A stretch of 64,000 nucleotides of DNA from an uncultured Bacteroidales bacterium. GTDB lineage: Bacteria > Bacteroidota > Bacteroidia > Bacteroidales > JAGOPY01. Of this stretch, positions 11,117 through 20,786 are shown piece after piece. The notes under the pieces are model-generated. The model was not told the DNA's origin. It ran no database searches and saw only the letters and a program-made list of their open reading frames with translations. A program made the position numbers and the translations under genes. The stretch lies in contig CAZUDV010000006.1 in the NCBI GenBank assembly GCA_964619555.1, positions 178,394 through 242,393 of the forward strand, read 5' to 3'. Position 1 is the stretch's first letter. The number at the start of each line of letters is the position of its first letter.

Positions 11117-11227
11117 CAACAAAGAAAAATTCAAAATCTTTTACTAAATAAACATAAAGGAATATTTTTTGCTGCTGACCCTTCCGGAAGCGGTGGAATT
11201 TCTTAGGCGGCCGAAGTGGATTTTATC

Positions 11228-11235
11228 TAAATTTG
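11228..11235 (+). promoter_or_regulatory. -7 box TAAATTTG for the T9SS cargo gene
   Basis: Exact TAnnTTTG match, 23 nt upstream of ATG 11259. It lies inside the longer TTG-initiated ORF, which argues for the shorter start. Confidence 0.45.
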
Positions 11236-11258
11236 AATTTTTAATTCCGGGCAGGCGA

Positions 11259-13871
11259 ATGATTAAGCGCATAATAGTTTGGATGATATTTATGCTTGTA
11301 GCGGTGGCCTCTCATGCCACCCATCAGCGTGCTGCCGAAATTACCTACAGGCACGTCACAGGTCTGACCTATGAGGTTAAAATCATCACTTATACGTATA
11401 CCCCAAGCCCGGCCGACCGTCCGGAACTGGAAATATTCTGGGGCGACGGGACGAGTTCCATGCTGAAAAGAACCCTAAAACAAAACCTTCCCGATAACAT
11501 CAGCCTGAATGAATATGAATATCAGCCGGAGAACGGGGCGACCACGAACAGGCACACTTACAGTTCACCCGGGACTTATATCCTTTATATGGAGGATCCA
11601 AACCGGAATTATGGAGTGGTCAACATTCCGAACTCAGTGAATGTGCCAATGTATGTGGAAACAGCCCTTGTCATTAATCCTTTCCTGGGTTACAATAACT
11701 CTCCCACCCTGCTGAATCCGCCAGTTGATGTGGGATGCGTCGGACAACTATTCCTGCATAACCCGGGCGCCTTCGATATAGACGGCGACAGTTTATCCTA
11801 CAAACTGGTGATTTGTAAAACAGCCGGTGGAATTGAAATCCCGGGATTCTCCTATCCGCAGGCCAGCAATGAATTTACAATCAACAGCGTGACAGGAGAC
11901 GTGATCTGGGACAGCCCGGTCATCCAGGGCGAATACAATATTGCTTTCATAATCGAAGAATGGAGGAACAATGTCAGGATCGGATATGTCACGAGGGATA
12001 TGCAAATTGAGATTCTGGCCTGCGATAACCAGCCGCCATTGATCCTTTCGGTTAGCGATACCTGCGTCACGGCCGGCGAAAAGATCACCTTCGATATCAC
12101 AGCGGTTGATCCCGATGGGGACAGGGTGTCCCTTTCCGCGACCGGTGGACCATTCGAACTGGCTGATTCCCCGGCAGAAATCGATCCCGACCCGGCAGCA
12201 GGCAATGATACGGTTGTGACAACCTTCACCTGGAACACCAATTGCTCCCATGTGCAGAAACAACCCTACCAGGTTTTTTTCAAGGCGACTGACGACGGTT
12301 ATCCGATTAACCTGGTCAGCTATAAAACCATTTCCATTACCGTGATAAGCCCTGCTCCTGAAAACCTCACGGCCGATGCTATTGGAAGCACTATTCACAT
12401 AAACTGGAACAAAGCGGTTTGCCAGAAGGCGGCTGGTTATAATATTTACCGCAGGATAGGGTACTTCGGATTTATTCCCGGTCCCTGTGAAACGGGAGTG
12501 CCAGCTTATACCGGTTACAGGTTGATCCACCGGACAGGGTCCCTATCCGATACGGTTTACGTGGACGATGATAACGGACTGGGGCTTATCCACGGGAATG
12601 ATTACTGCTATATAGTAACGGCTGTTTTTCAGGATGGAGCCGAAAGTTATGCTTCCCTGGAAGCTTGCGCCACGCTGAAACGTGATATCCCTGTCATTAC
12701 CAACGTGAGCAACGACAGTTCGGACCTTTTGGCCGGCAGGGCATTTGTAGCCTGGTCCAAACCGACAGAACTGGATACGATCCAGATTCCCGGTCCTTAC
12801 CAATATGTTCTTTACCGTTCTGACGATGGTTTTGGAGCTAACCTGCAAGAAATTGCCACCCTTCCTGGATTGAACGATACGGTTTTCACCGATAACGGGG
12901 TGGACCTGAATACCTCCGGGATACCTTACAGCTATCGCGTCGGACTTGAAAGCCTGACTTTCGGTTTCATCGGCAACAGTCAGATCGCCTCTTCCATATA
13001 TATCGACTTATATGAAACGGATGAAGAGATACAGCTTTCATTTGCCCCGAATGTACCCTGGCTGAATGAATATTACGTTATTTACCGGCGGGATGAAGGG
13101 GAATCGCAATTTGATTCGATTGGTGCCAGCAATGGGCCTTTTTACCGGGACACCTTACTCACGAATTTTAAGACTTATTGCTATTACGTGAAAAGCGTGG
13201 GGAGTTACACAGCTTCAGGCTTTGTCGATCCGATCATCAATTTTTCACAGGTGGTCTGTGGACAGCCGTACGATAATGAACCGCCATGCCCTCCTGAGTT
13301 GACCGTCACAACAAATTGCGACGAGGCCTTAAATACCCTGCTTTGGACCAATCCCAATCTGACCTGTGCTGATGATGTGGTAAAATATTACATCTATTAT
13401 TCTCCCCTGCAGGGTTCGGATTTTGTCCTGATCGACTCAACCAGCCCGGCTGAGAACACCAATTACAACCATTTCAACGAAGGGAGCATCACCGGCTGTT
13501 ATGCAGTCACGGCAATAGATTCAGTCGGTAACCAGAGTTTATTCAGCAATGTGGTTTGCATCGACAATGACACCTGTTCGGTTTATTCCCTGCCAAATGT
13601 TTTCACCCCCAATTTCGACGGGTATATTGACACTTTTTATCCCTTTCCTTACACTTCTGTCGAAAAAGTGAAAATGACCATTTTCAACCGTTGGGGAAAT
13701 ATTGTTTATGAAACGGAAGATCCGGATATCAACTGGGATGGGAAGGATTACAAGAATGGCACAGACTGTGCGGAAGGGACCTATTTCTATGTCTGTTACG
13801 TTTACGAGCTCACCCTGCAGGGTACCCGACAGCGGGAACTCAGGGGATCGATCACCCTCCTGCGGAATTAA
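11259..13871 (+). CDS. large secreted protein with a T9SS type B C-terminal sorting domain (gliding-motility-associated CTD)
   Basis: Start moved from 11169 (TTG) to ATG 11259, which gives the signal peptide MIKRIIVWMIFMLVAVASHA. The C-terminus (NVFTPNFDGYIDTFYP ... IFNRWGNIVYE ... WDGKDYKNG ... EGTYFYV) matches the CHU_C/type B CTD pattern. Confidence 0.8.
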   Translation: MIKRIIVWMIFMLVAVASHATHQRAAEITYRHVTGLTYEVKIITYTYTPSPADRPELEIFWGDGTSSMLKRTLKQNLPDNISLNEYEYQPENGATTNRHTYSSPGTYILYMEDPNRNYGVVNIPNSVNVPMYVETALVINPFLGYNNSPTLLNPPVDVGCVGQLFLHNPGAFDIDGDSLSYKLVICKTAGGIEIPGFSYPQASNEFTINSVTGDVIWDSPVIQGEYNIAFIIEEWRNNVRIGYVTRDMQIEILACDNQPPLILSVSDTCVTAGEKITFDITAVDPDGDRVSLSATGGPFELADSPAEIDPDPAAGNDTVVTTFTWNTNCSHVQKQPYQVFFKATDDGYPINLVSYKTISITVISPAPENLTADAIGSTIHINWNKAVCQKAAGYNIYRRIGYFGFIPGPCETGVPAYTGYRLIHRTGSLSDTVYVDDDNGLGLIHGNDYCYIVTAVFQDGAESYASLEACATLKRDIPVITNVSNDSSDLLAGRAFVAWSKPTELDTIQIPGPYQYVLYRSDDGFGANLQEIATLPGLNDTVFTDNGVDLNTSGIPYSYRVGLESLTFGFIGNSQIASSIYIDLYETDEEIQLSFAPNVPWLNEYYVIYRRDEGESQFDSIGASNGPFYRDTLLTNFKTYCYYVKSVGSYTASGFVDPIINFSQVVCGQPYDNEPPCPPELTVTTNCDEALNTLLWTNPNLTCADDVVKYYIYYSPLQGSDFVLIDSTSPAENTNYNHFNEGSITGCYAVTAIDSVGNQSLFSNVVCIDNDTCSVYSLPNVFTPNFDGYIDTFYPFPYTSVEKVKMTIFNRWGNIVYETEDPDINWDGKDYKNGTDCAEGTYFYVCYVYELTLQGTRQRELRGSITLLRN

Positions 13872-13896
13872 CAGCGAAGTACTTTCCATGAAAAAT

Positions 13897-13940
13897 GCCG
13901 CTGATTCACGGATCTTTCCATATATCACCGAATCAGCGGC
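13897..13940. terminator. inverted repeat between convergent genes (possible bidirectional terminator)
   Basis: GCCGCTGATTC ... GAATCAGCGGC, an 11-12 bp perfect stem. The loop is large (22 nt), so confidence is modest. Confidence 0.35.
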
Positions 13941-13990
13941 ACAGGTACAAAAAATCTATTCAATCGTGCCTTTTAATCACGAAGTCGTTC

Positions 13991-14989
13991 CTAAAACTTC
14001 TGGAACAACCGGATCAGGTCAACCACGCGGTTGCTGTATCCCCACTCGTTATCATACCAGCTCAGGACTTTAACGATACGGTTTCCAACAACCTTGGTAA
14101 ATTCCGGGTCGAAGATAGAAGAGTAGGGATTTCCGACGATGTCGGAGGAAACCCACTTGAAATCGGAATACAGGAGGACATTCTTCATCCGTTCGGTCTG
14201 GGAAGCGGCCTTCATGGCTGCATTCACCTCTTCGGCGGTTACGTCCTTTCCAACTTCCACGATCAGGTCAACGACTGAACCATCCGGTACGGGCACGCGG
14301 GATGCCATCCCGTCGAGCCGGCCTTTCAGTTCGGGGATTACTTTCCCGACCGCTTTGGCAGCCCCGGTGGTGGTAAGGATGATATTTTCAGCAGCGGCGC
14401 GTCCCCGTCTCCAGTCCTTATGGGGAACGTCGGCCAGGCGCTGGTCGTTGGTGTAGGCATGCGTGGTGGTCATAAGTCCGTCGATGATCCCGAATGCATC
14501 GTTGAGCACTTTCGCTACAGGAGCCAGGCAATTGGTGGTGCAACTGGCATTGGACACGATCCTGTGCTCCGCTTTGAGGGTATCTTCATTGACGCCTATG
14601 ACAATCGTCGCATCGATCTCATCCTTGGATGGGACGGTAAGGATCACACGCCTGGCACCAGCCTGCAGGTGAGCCTCCAGCTGGGAGCGTTTCCGGAATA
14701 CGCCGGTCGCTTCGACCACTACATCGATATCCAGCTCCTTCCATGGAAGCTGGGCCATATCGCTTTGTGAAAGCATCAGTACCCTTTCCTCCGGGGTGAC
14801 CAGGTAATCGCCTTCTATCCTGGCATCTCTATAATAGGTTGACATCACTGTATCATACTTCAGCAGGTATGTCAGCACATCATTTTCATACAGGTCGTTG
14901 ATGGCAACGACATCGATCTTTGGGTCGGCATCGAGGATTCTGAAAACAGAACGACCGATCCTGCCAAATCCGTTAATTGCTACTCTCAT
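13991..14989 (-). CDS. gap: type I glyceraldehyde-3-phosphate dehydrogenase
   Basis: 332 aa. Contains NGFGRIGR, the active site SNASCTTNCLAP, THAYT, TTTGAAKAV and WYDNEWGYS. Confidence 0.95.
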   Translation of the reverse strand: MRVAINGFGRIGRSVFRILDADPKIDVVAINDLYENDVLTYLLKYDTVMSTYYRDARIEGDYLVTPEERVLMLSQSDMAQLPWKELDIDVVVEATGVFRKRSQLEAHLQAGARRVILTVPSKDEIDATIVIGVNEDTLKAEHRIVSNASCTTNCLAPVAKVLNDAFGIIDGLMTTTHAYTNDQRLADVPHKDWRRGRAAAENIILTTTGAAKAVGKVIPELKGRLDGMASRVPVPDGSVVDLIVEVGKDVTAEEVNAAMKAASQTERMKNVLLYSDFKWVSSDIVGNPYSSIFDPEFTKVVGNRIVKVLSWYDNEWGYSNRVVDLIRLFQKF

Positions 14990-16014
14990 TGGACACCTCC
15001 TTTCTGGGTATTTTCCTGTAAATTGTGATAAGTCCTGACCACGTCAAGGATGCGGCAGGCCTGGGCTAGTGCTGTATGATACCATACCAGCGTTTTCATC
15101 ATCTTGCCCTGGGATTTCATGGTTGCCAGTTTATCGAAGATCACAGCATGGCGGTCATTGATCACGTCGCTGGATACGATCGGGTCTTCGGCCACCCGGA
15201 TCAGTTTCGGGAGCTTTCCTGCTGCTTCGTACATCAGTTCATTGACCTGCTCGACTGTTACATCCTTCGTTCTGAAAACTGTCGTCAAGTCAAGCAGCGA
15301 ACCATTCGGGATCGGCACGTTTAATGCAGTACCGTCGATCCTTCCGGCTAATTCCGGAAGGATAGTGGGAATCCATCTGGGAGTAGGGGTTTCATTCGGT
15401 ATGATGTTCTCCGCTGCCGAACGTGACCGGCGGAAATCAATCCCTGCTTTATCGCGCAGCGGCTGATCGGAAGTATAGGAATGGACAGTAGTAAGCATGG
15501 CATAGTCCACACCGAACTTTTCATTGAAGAATTTCAGCATCAGGGCGGTGGCATTTGTAGTAGCTGAGCCAGCAGACACGATCTTATCCTTCAGGTCAAT
15601 CGTATGTTCATTGACTCCCATCACCACGATGCGGTCGATTTCGTCCTCCGGCAGCGTGGAGAGCACCACGTGAGGGGCGCCTGCTTTGAGGTGTTTTTCC
15701 AGATCCCTCCGGGTTTTGAAAATACCCGTCGCATCGACAACCACGTCAACATCAAAGATATCCCATGGGATATCGCCTGGCTTTCCGCCGGTCACAATGC
15801 GGGCGCGCCCTGCTGCCGAATTGATGAAATTGCCATCTTCAAGGGTAACCTTGACACGGCCTTTCACTTCAGCTTCCAGCAGATAGGCCAGAATATCGGG
15901 CTTGCCATAATCGCTGATGGCCACTACTTCGAACATATCATCTTCCATACACAGCCGGTAGATGTGCCTTCCGATCTCTCCGAAGCCCATGATTCCTAAT
16001 CTTACCTTGCTCAT
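14986..16014 (-). CDS. GAPDH-family paralog lacking the catalytic cysteine (probable pseudoenzyme or divergent function)
   Basis: 342 aa, colinear with gap. It has SAGSATTNA in place of SNASCTTNC and GFGEIGR in place of GFGRIGR. The phosphate-binding loops are divergent. Its stop overlaps the gap start as ATGA. Confidence 0.8.
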   Translation of the reverse strand: MSKVRLGIMGFGEIGRHIYRLCMEDDMFEVVAISDYGKPDILAYLLEAEVKGRVKVTLEDGNFINSAAGRARIVTGGKPGDIPWDIFDVDVVVDATGIFKTRRDLEKHLKAGAPHVVLSTLPEDEIDRIVVMGVNEHTIDLKDKIVSAGSATTNATALMLKFFNEKFGVDYAMLTTVHSYTSDQPLRDKAGIDFRRSRSAAENIIPNETPTPRWIPTILPELAGRIDGTALNVPIPNGSLLDLTTVFRTKDVTVEQVNELMYEAAGKLPKLIRVAEDPIVSSDVINDRHAVIFDKLATMKSQGKMMKTLVWYHTALAQACRILDVVRTYHNLQENTQKGGVQ

Positions 16015-16071
16015 AATTAAAGGATTAAATTATTAAATTCAGTTCTCTTTCGTCTTACTAAAAAAGGTGTG

Positions 16072-16079
16072 CAAAGATA
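16072..16079 (-). promoter_or_regulatory. -7 box (TATCTTTG on the minus strand) for the gap-like/gap operon
   Basis: Exact TAnnTTTG match, 57 nt upstream of ATG 16014. Confidence 0.4.
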
Positions 16080-16124
16080 CTGACAATCTTGCTTGAAAAT
16101 TCACTATGATAAGGAAAGTTTGGA

Positions 16125-16132
16125 TATTTTTG
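16125..16132 (+). promoter_or_regulatory. -7 box TATTTTTG for lepA
   Basis: Exact match only 7 nt upstream of the lepA ATG. This implies a leaderless or near-leaderless mRNA. Confidence 0.4.
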
Positions 16133-16139
16133 CACTGCC

Positions 16140-17927
16140 ATGAAAAACATCCGCAACTTCTGCATCATCGCCCATATTGATCACGGTAAATCCACGCTGG
16201 CCGACCGATTGCTGGAACAAACCGGCACGGTGACCGGCAAGGATATGCAGGACCAGGTGCTCGATGATATGGATCTGGAGCGCGAAAAAGGCATTACGAT
16301 TAAAAGCCATGCCATCCAGATGGACTATAAGCACGATGGGGTGAATTACAAGCTGAACCTCATCGATACCCCGGGCCATGTTGATTTTTCATACGAAGTG
16401 TCCAGGTCCATCGCTTCCTGCGAAGGTGCCCTGCTGATTGTCGACGCCACCCAGGGTGTGCAGGCACAAACCATCTCCAATTTATACATGGCCATCGACC
16501 ATGATCTGGAGATCATCCCGGTGATGAACAAGATGGACAGTGAAAATGCCATGCCGGACGAAGTGCGGGAACAAATCGTAGACCTCCTGGGATGCAAGCC
16601 GGAAGAGATCATCGAAGCCAGTGGCCGGACAGGTTATGGCGTGGAACGGATTCTCGATGCTATCATTCACCGCATCCCGGCCCCGGCGGGGGAAGATGAC
16701 GAGCCTCTGCAAGCCCTTATCTTCGATTCCGTATTCAATCCTTTCCGGGGAATTATCGCTTATTTCAGGATATTTCACGGCGTCATCCGAAAAGGGGACC
16801 ATGTGAAGTTCATTTCCACAGGACGCGAATACGACGCCGATGAGATCGGAGTACTGAAGCTCAAAATGGAGGAACGGCAGGAAATGCATGCAGGCGATGT
16901 GGGTTATATCATCAGCGGGATCAAAACCTCCAGGGAAGTCCGCGTCGGGGATACCATCACGCACGTCGACAGACCAGCCATAGCAGCGGTGTCCGGGTTC
17001 CAGGAGGTGAAACCAATGGTCTTCGCCGGGATCTACCCGGTGGATGCCGACGATTACGAGGAACTCCGTGCATCGCTCGAAAAACTCCAGCTCAACGATG
17101 CTTCCCTCACATTTGAACCGGAATCCTCCGCAGCATTAGGTTTCGGCTTCCGTGGCGGGTTCCTCGGGTTGCTGCACATGGAGATCGTGCAGGAACGCCT
17201 CGACAGGGAGTTCGATATGGACGTCATCACCACGGTGCCCAACGTATCGTACCAGGTCTTCACCACAAAGGATGAGATCATCGAGGTGCACAACCCATCC
17301 GGGATGCCCGACATCAAGTACATCGACCATATCCGCGAACCCTATATCATTGCCCAGATCATTTCCAAGGTGGAATACATCGGCTCCATCATGAAACTCT
17401 GTATCGACAAGCGCGGGACGCTTAAAAGCCAGGTTTACCTGACCAGCAACCGGGTGGAAGTGACCTTCGAAATGCCGCTCGGGGAAATCGTCTTCGATTT
17501 CTATGACAAGCTCAAGAGCATCTCCAAGGGCTATGCTTCTTTTGATTATCACCATGCCGACTACAGGCCTGCCAGGCTGGTCAAACTGGACATACTCATC
17601 AATAAAGAGCCGGTCGACGCACTGTCATCTCTGATCCACGCCGATCATTCCTATGACCTGGGCCGGAAAATGTGCGAAAAGCTGAAGGAACTCATCCCTC
17701 GCCAACAATTTGAAGTGGCTATCCAGGCAGCCATCGGCGCCAAGATCATTGCCCGCGAAACCATCAAGGCGGTCCGGAAAGACGTGACGGCCAAATGTTA
17801 TGGCGGTGACATCACCCGTAAGCGCAAGCTCCTCGAAAAGCAGAAAAAAGGTAAAAAGCGCATGCGACAGGTAGGGAACGTAGAGATCCCGCAGAAGGCT
17901 TTCCTCGCCGTGCTTAAGCTGGATTAG
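16140..17927 (+). CDS. lepA: translation elongation factor 4 (LepA)
   Basis: 595 aa. N-terminus [22 protein letters not shown], plus DTPGH and NKMD. The C-terminal LepA-specific region ends in [15 protein letters not shown]. Confidence 0.95.
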   Translation: MKNIRNFCIIAHIDHGKSTLADRLLEQTGTVTGKDMQDQVLDDMDLEREKGITIKSHAIQMDYKHDGVNYKLNLIDTPGHVDFSYEVSRSIASCEGALLIVDATQGVQAQTISNLYMAIDHDLEIIPVMNKMDSENAMPDEVREQIVDLLGCKPEEIIEASGRTGYGVERILDAIIHRIPAPAGEDDEPLQALIFDSVFNPFRGIIAYFRIFHGVIRKGDHVKFISTGREYDADEIGVLKLKMEERQEMHAGDVGYIISGIKTSREVRVGDTITHVDRPAIAAVSGFQEVKPMVFAGIYPVDADDYEELRASLEKLQLNDASLTFEPESSAALGFGFRGGFLGLLHMEIVQERLDREFDMDVITTVPNVSYQVFTTKDEIIEVHNPSGMPDIKYIDHIREPYIIAQIISKVEYIGSIMKLCIDKRGTLKSQVYLTSNRVEVTFEMPLGEIVFDFYDKLKSISKGYASFDYHHADYRPARLVKLDILINKEPVDALSSLIHADHSYDLGRKMCEKLKELIPRQQFEVAIQAAIGAKIIARETIKAVRKDVTAKCYGGDITRKRKLLEKQKKGKKRMRQVGNVEIPQKAFLAVLKLD

Positions 17928-17955
17928 GCGCGTAGGGCGCAGGGCATGTGAAAGC

Positions 17956-19137
17956 TTAAACCTGTTTCAAGGCATTATCCAGATCCGACAGGATGTCCTC
18001 AACATCCTCAATTCCTACGGAAAATCTTACCAGGTCGTCGGTAATACCGGCTGACAGCTTGTTTTCCCTGCTCACACCGGCATGCGTCATGGAAGCGGGG
18101 TGCTGGATAAGGGTTTCCACTCCTCCCAGCGAAACGGCCAACAGCGCCAGGTGCACATGATCCATCAGTTGCTCACCGGCTGTATATCCCCCTTTCAGTC
18201 CAAAACTCATCATCGAACCGAAACCCCTCATCTGCCTTCTGGCCAAATCATGCTGAGGATGGGATTCCAGTCCCGGGTATTTGATCCAGGCCACCCTGGG
18301 ATGCGACTGAAGATACTTCGCAACTTCCATGGCATTCGCCTGCGCCCGCTCAATGCGGATCCCCAAGGTTTTAAGTCCCCGGATCACCATGAATGCCTGG
18401 GTCGGGTCCATATTGCTTCCCATATAGGTCATGGAATGACGGATTTTCTTGAACAAAACCGGATCTTTGGTCACAATGATCCCGCCTACGATATCTGCAT
18501 GGCCGTTGATGAATTTGGTCATGGAATGGAGCACGACGTCGGCCCCCAGGTCAAGCGGGTTTTGCAGATAGGGGGAACAAAAAGTATTATCCACCACCAG
18601 CGTTAATCCATTTTCCTTTGCAATTTTAGAACAAGCGGCTATATCCGTTATATCCATCGTGGGATTTGCCGGTGTTTCAACATATAACACACGGGTATTG
18701 GATTGAATGGCAGAAAGGATATTATGCGGATCCGCAGTGTTCACAAAACTGGCCTCCACACCGAACCTGGAGAAATCCTGCTCCAATACGCCCCGGGCGG
18801 GACCGTACACGGCACCGGTACTGATGATATGACTGCCTGATCCCAGAAGGGCCATAAAAACACTGGATATTGCACCCATTCCTGAACTGGTCGCTATTCC
18901 GTCATATCCATTTTCCAGTTCCGCTATGTTTCTTTCCAGAACCCGGATGGTTGGATTGGCAATCCGGGTGTAAATATACCCGTCGCTCTTTCCCGAAAAG
19001 CAGTCTGCTCCGTGTTTTGCATTTTTAAACTTAAATGTCGATGTCTGGTAGATCGGTACCGTGGCGCTCCCGAATTCATCTTCAAATACGCCTGCATGGA
19101 TCAGTTTGGTGTTAAAACCTTTGTCTTTGGTTGTCAT
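17956..19137 (-). CDS. PLP-dependent methionine gamma-lyase / Cys-Met metabolism family enzyme
   Basis: 393 aa. Contains NTKLIHAG, the PLP-lysine context HSMTKFINGH, and the C-terminus VRFSVGIEDVEDI. Exact specificity within the family cannot be settled by eye. Confidence 0.8.
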   Translation of the reverse strand: MTTKDKGFNTKLIHAGVFEDEFGSATVPIYQTSTFKFKNAKHGADCFSGKSDGYIYTRIANPTIRVLERNIAELENGYDGIATSSGMGAISSVFMALLGSGSHIISTGAVYGPARGVLEQDFSRFGVEASFVNTADPHNILSAIQSNTRVLYVETPANPTMDITDIAACSKIAKENGLTLVVDNTFCSPYLQNPLDLGADVVLHSMTKFINGHADIVGGIIVTKDPVLFKKIRHSMTYMGSNMDPTQAFMVIRGLKTLGIRIERAQANAMEVAKYLQSHPRVAWIKYPGLESHPQHDLARRQMRGFGSMMSFGLKGGYTAGEQLMDHVHLALLAVSLGGVETLIQHPASMTHAGVSRENKLSAGITDDLVRFSVGIEDVEDILSDLDNALKQV

Positions 19138-19156
19138 TTTTTATTCGATTTAGAAA

Positions 19157-19435
19157 TTATATTTCTCCGGTTCCATCCTCATTGTCGGATGACCATTTTA
19201 CGGCTCCCTCCGGGCAGATGGCTACGCAGAGTCCACATGAATTGCAATGGTCATAATTGAAAAGGTAATTGTACGGAAAGCATGTCACTTCCAATACAAT
19301 GCAGTATTTAATGCATTTATCGCAATTACTGTTAGGTATCTTTTCGATTACCTGGGTGGGACATATCAAGATGCACTTTTCACAATGGATGCATTTGTTG
19401 TAATCAATATAGGGAAGAGTAGCTTTAGGTTTCAT
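19157..19435 (-). CDS. 4Fe-4S dicluster ferredoxin-type protein
   Basis: 92 aa. Two CxxCxxCxxxCP motifs (CIHCEKCILICP, CNSCGLCVAICP) plus a Cys-containing insert (CDKCIKYC). Confidence 0.8.
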   Translation of the reverse strand: MKPKATLPYIDYNKCIHCEKCILICPTQVIEKIPNSNCDKCIKYCIVLEVTCFPYNYLFNYDHCNSCGLCVAICPEGAVKWSSDNEDGTGEI

Positions 19436-19503
19436 TGAACTATTTGACCCTTGAAATATTAATCATCAGTTTCGGATGACCATTTAAAAAACATCAAGCA
19501 ATA

Positions 19504-19821
19504 TCAATGATTCAGATACTTGATGATATCCCAGATTTTGATACCGGGTTGCTTGAAGACAATCATCTGGATTTTCATACTTTCCAGCAACGGTTTGATT
19601 TTCATCCCGAATTCTCCTGAAATGATCTTATGAACACCCCTTGATCCAATGATCTGAACGGCAGCTGTTCCCGATCCTTCCTCAATATCTCTGAAAGGAT
19701 TGGGTATGAATTCCACCGATTTGCTTTTCGTATCCCAAATCACGAAATAGGCACATCTTCCAAATCGTTTGTCAATTCCGGCTTCCAACGAATTACCCGT
19801 AGAAGTGATCGCTACTTTCAT
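19504..19821 (-). CDS. NifB/NifX-family (dinitrogenase FeMo-cofactor-binding-like) protein
   Basis: 105 aa. The N-terminus MKVAITSTGNSLEAGIDKRFGRCAYFVIWD is the characteristic start of this family. Confidence 0.8.
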   Translation of the reverse strand: MKVAITSTGNSLEAGIDKRFGRCAYFVIWDTKSKSVEFIPNPFRDIEEGSGTAAVQIIGSRGVHKIISGEFGMKIKPLLESMKIQMIVFKQPGIKIWDIIKYLNH

Positions 19822-19833
19822 AAAGTACCTGTT

Positions 19834-20286
19834 TTAACCGCTGCAATTCTTAATACTGCTGACAGATGCATCAAAATCCAGAGAAAAGACCCGTTCACTG
19901 CCACACAAGGGACAATCTTCAACCGGCTTGTCCTTTTCCGGATTATTGAAATAACATTTGCATCTTTTGCAATGATACCAGTCACTGTCAAAAAAAACCT
20001 TTCCCCCGTCGATCGATATTGCCCGCCCTTCCACCAGGGCTGTTGCAATTTTCTGTCGCGCCGAAGCATAGATCCTGGTGAAGGTAGGCCGGGAAACTCC
20101 CATAAGAGTGGCTGATTGATGGTGATTGCAACCGATATGATCGCATAGTCTCAGAGATTCATATTCTTCGTAAAATAAGTTCACCGGCTCCGCTTCCGGG
20201 ACGGGCAAGTCTGTACCATATGGTTTAAAACCTTTTACCGGAGGTGGATTCATAACTTTCCGGGGGCGGATGATCCTGGGTGACAT
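19834..20286 (-). CDS. DUF134 (UPF0251) DNA-binding protein with a C-terminal zinc ribbon
   Basis: 150 aa. Contains PRKVMNPPPVKGFKPYG and an HTH-like segment (LMGVSRPTFTRIYASARQKIATAL), then CKRCKC ... CPLCGS. Confidence 0.8.
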   Translation of the reverse strand: MSPRIIRPRKVMNPPPVKGFKPYGTDLPVPEAEPVNLFYEEYESLRLCDHIGCNHHQSATLMGVSRPTFTRIYASARQKIATALVEGRAISIDGGKVFFDSDWYHCKRCKCYFNNPEKDKPVEDCPLCGSERVFSLDFDASVSSIKNCSG

Positions 20287-20309
20287 AACTTATGAGCATT
20301 TGTTCGCAA

Positions 20310-20317
20310 CAAAGATA
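20310..20317 (-). promoter_or_regulatory. -7 box (TATCTTTG on the minus strand) for the DUF134 string
   Basis: Exact TAnnTTTG match, 23 nt upstream of ATG 20286. Confidence 0.45.
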
Positions 20318-20349
20318 ATGAACATATGCTCACAAAAATTAATTTGACT

Positions 20350-20357
20350 TACTTTTG
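20350..20357 (+). promoter_or_regulatory. -7 box TACTTTTG for the thioesterase gene
   Basis: Exact match. It overlaps the TTG start of the ORF-track model at 20355, which argues for ATG 20373. Confidence 0.45.
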
Positions 20358-20372
20358 CGAAAACATTTTAAA

Positions 20373-20786
20373 ATGGACCCTTTTATGACATCATCCGAAA
20401 CAACACAAACCCGTATAATTTTCCCTTCGCATTTAAATGACCGAAATATATTATTCGGAGGCATTTTGTTAAGCTGGATGGATGAAGTGGCCTATATCAC
20501 TGCTTTGAGGTATCTGAATCAAAATACCGTGACTGTATCCCTTAATAAAGTCAAATTCTTCAAACCGGTCAGGCAAGGAGATATAATCGATATCACCGGT
20601 AAAGTGACAAAAGTAGGAATCGTCAAACTGTATATCCAGGTCGAGATAGTCCGGGATTCAAAGGAATCCGGTGAAAAAGACAGAATCGCTTTTGCAAATT
20701 TTTACTTTGCAGCGACAGACATAAACTTCAATCCGGAAAGAATGCAGAAAGAACTGACTGCTAATTTAAAACCGGTACCCCACTAA
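20373..20786 (+). CDS. acyl-CoA thioesterase (hotdog fold, YciA-like)
   Basis: Contains IFPSHLNDRNILFGGILLSWMDEVAYITA, typical of the family. Start moved to ATG 20373. Confidence 0.8.
   Translation: MDPFMTSSETTQTRIIFPSHLNDRNILFGGILLSWMDEVAYITALRYLNQNTVTVSLNKVKFFKPVRQGDIIDITGKVTKVGIVKLYIQVEIVRDSKESGEKDRIAFANFYFAATDINFNPERMQKELTANLKPVPH

Noticed and set aside
11169-11258. Upstream alternative starts in the ORF track (11169, 20355, 27209, 37189, 38914, 43648, 59858, 61010)
   Set aside because: Each adds a non-conserved N-terminal extension. Several use TTG or overlap a -7 box or the upstream gene. Downstream ATGs give canonical N-termini, such as a signal peptide, the adk P-loop or the DnaX MDNFVVSARKYRP start.
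11793-12530. 245-aa minus-strand ORF, with a 129-aa neighbour
   Set aside because: It is antisense to the T9SS cargo gene, whose own frame has a signal peptide and a CTD. No motifs were found.
19818-20069. 83-aa ORF in an alternative frame of the DUF134 gene
   Set aside because: It is on the same strand and nested out of frame inside a gene with clear family motifs.
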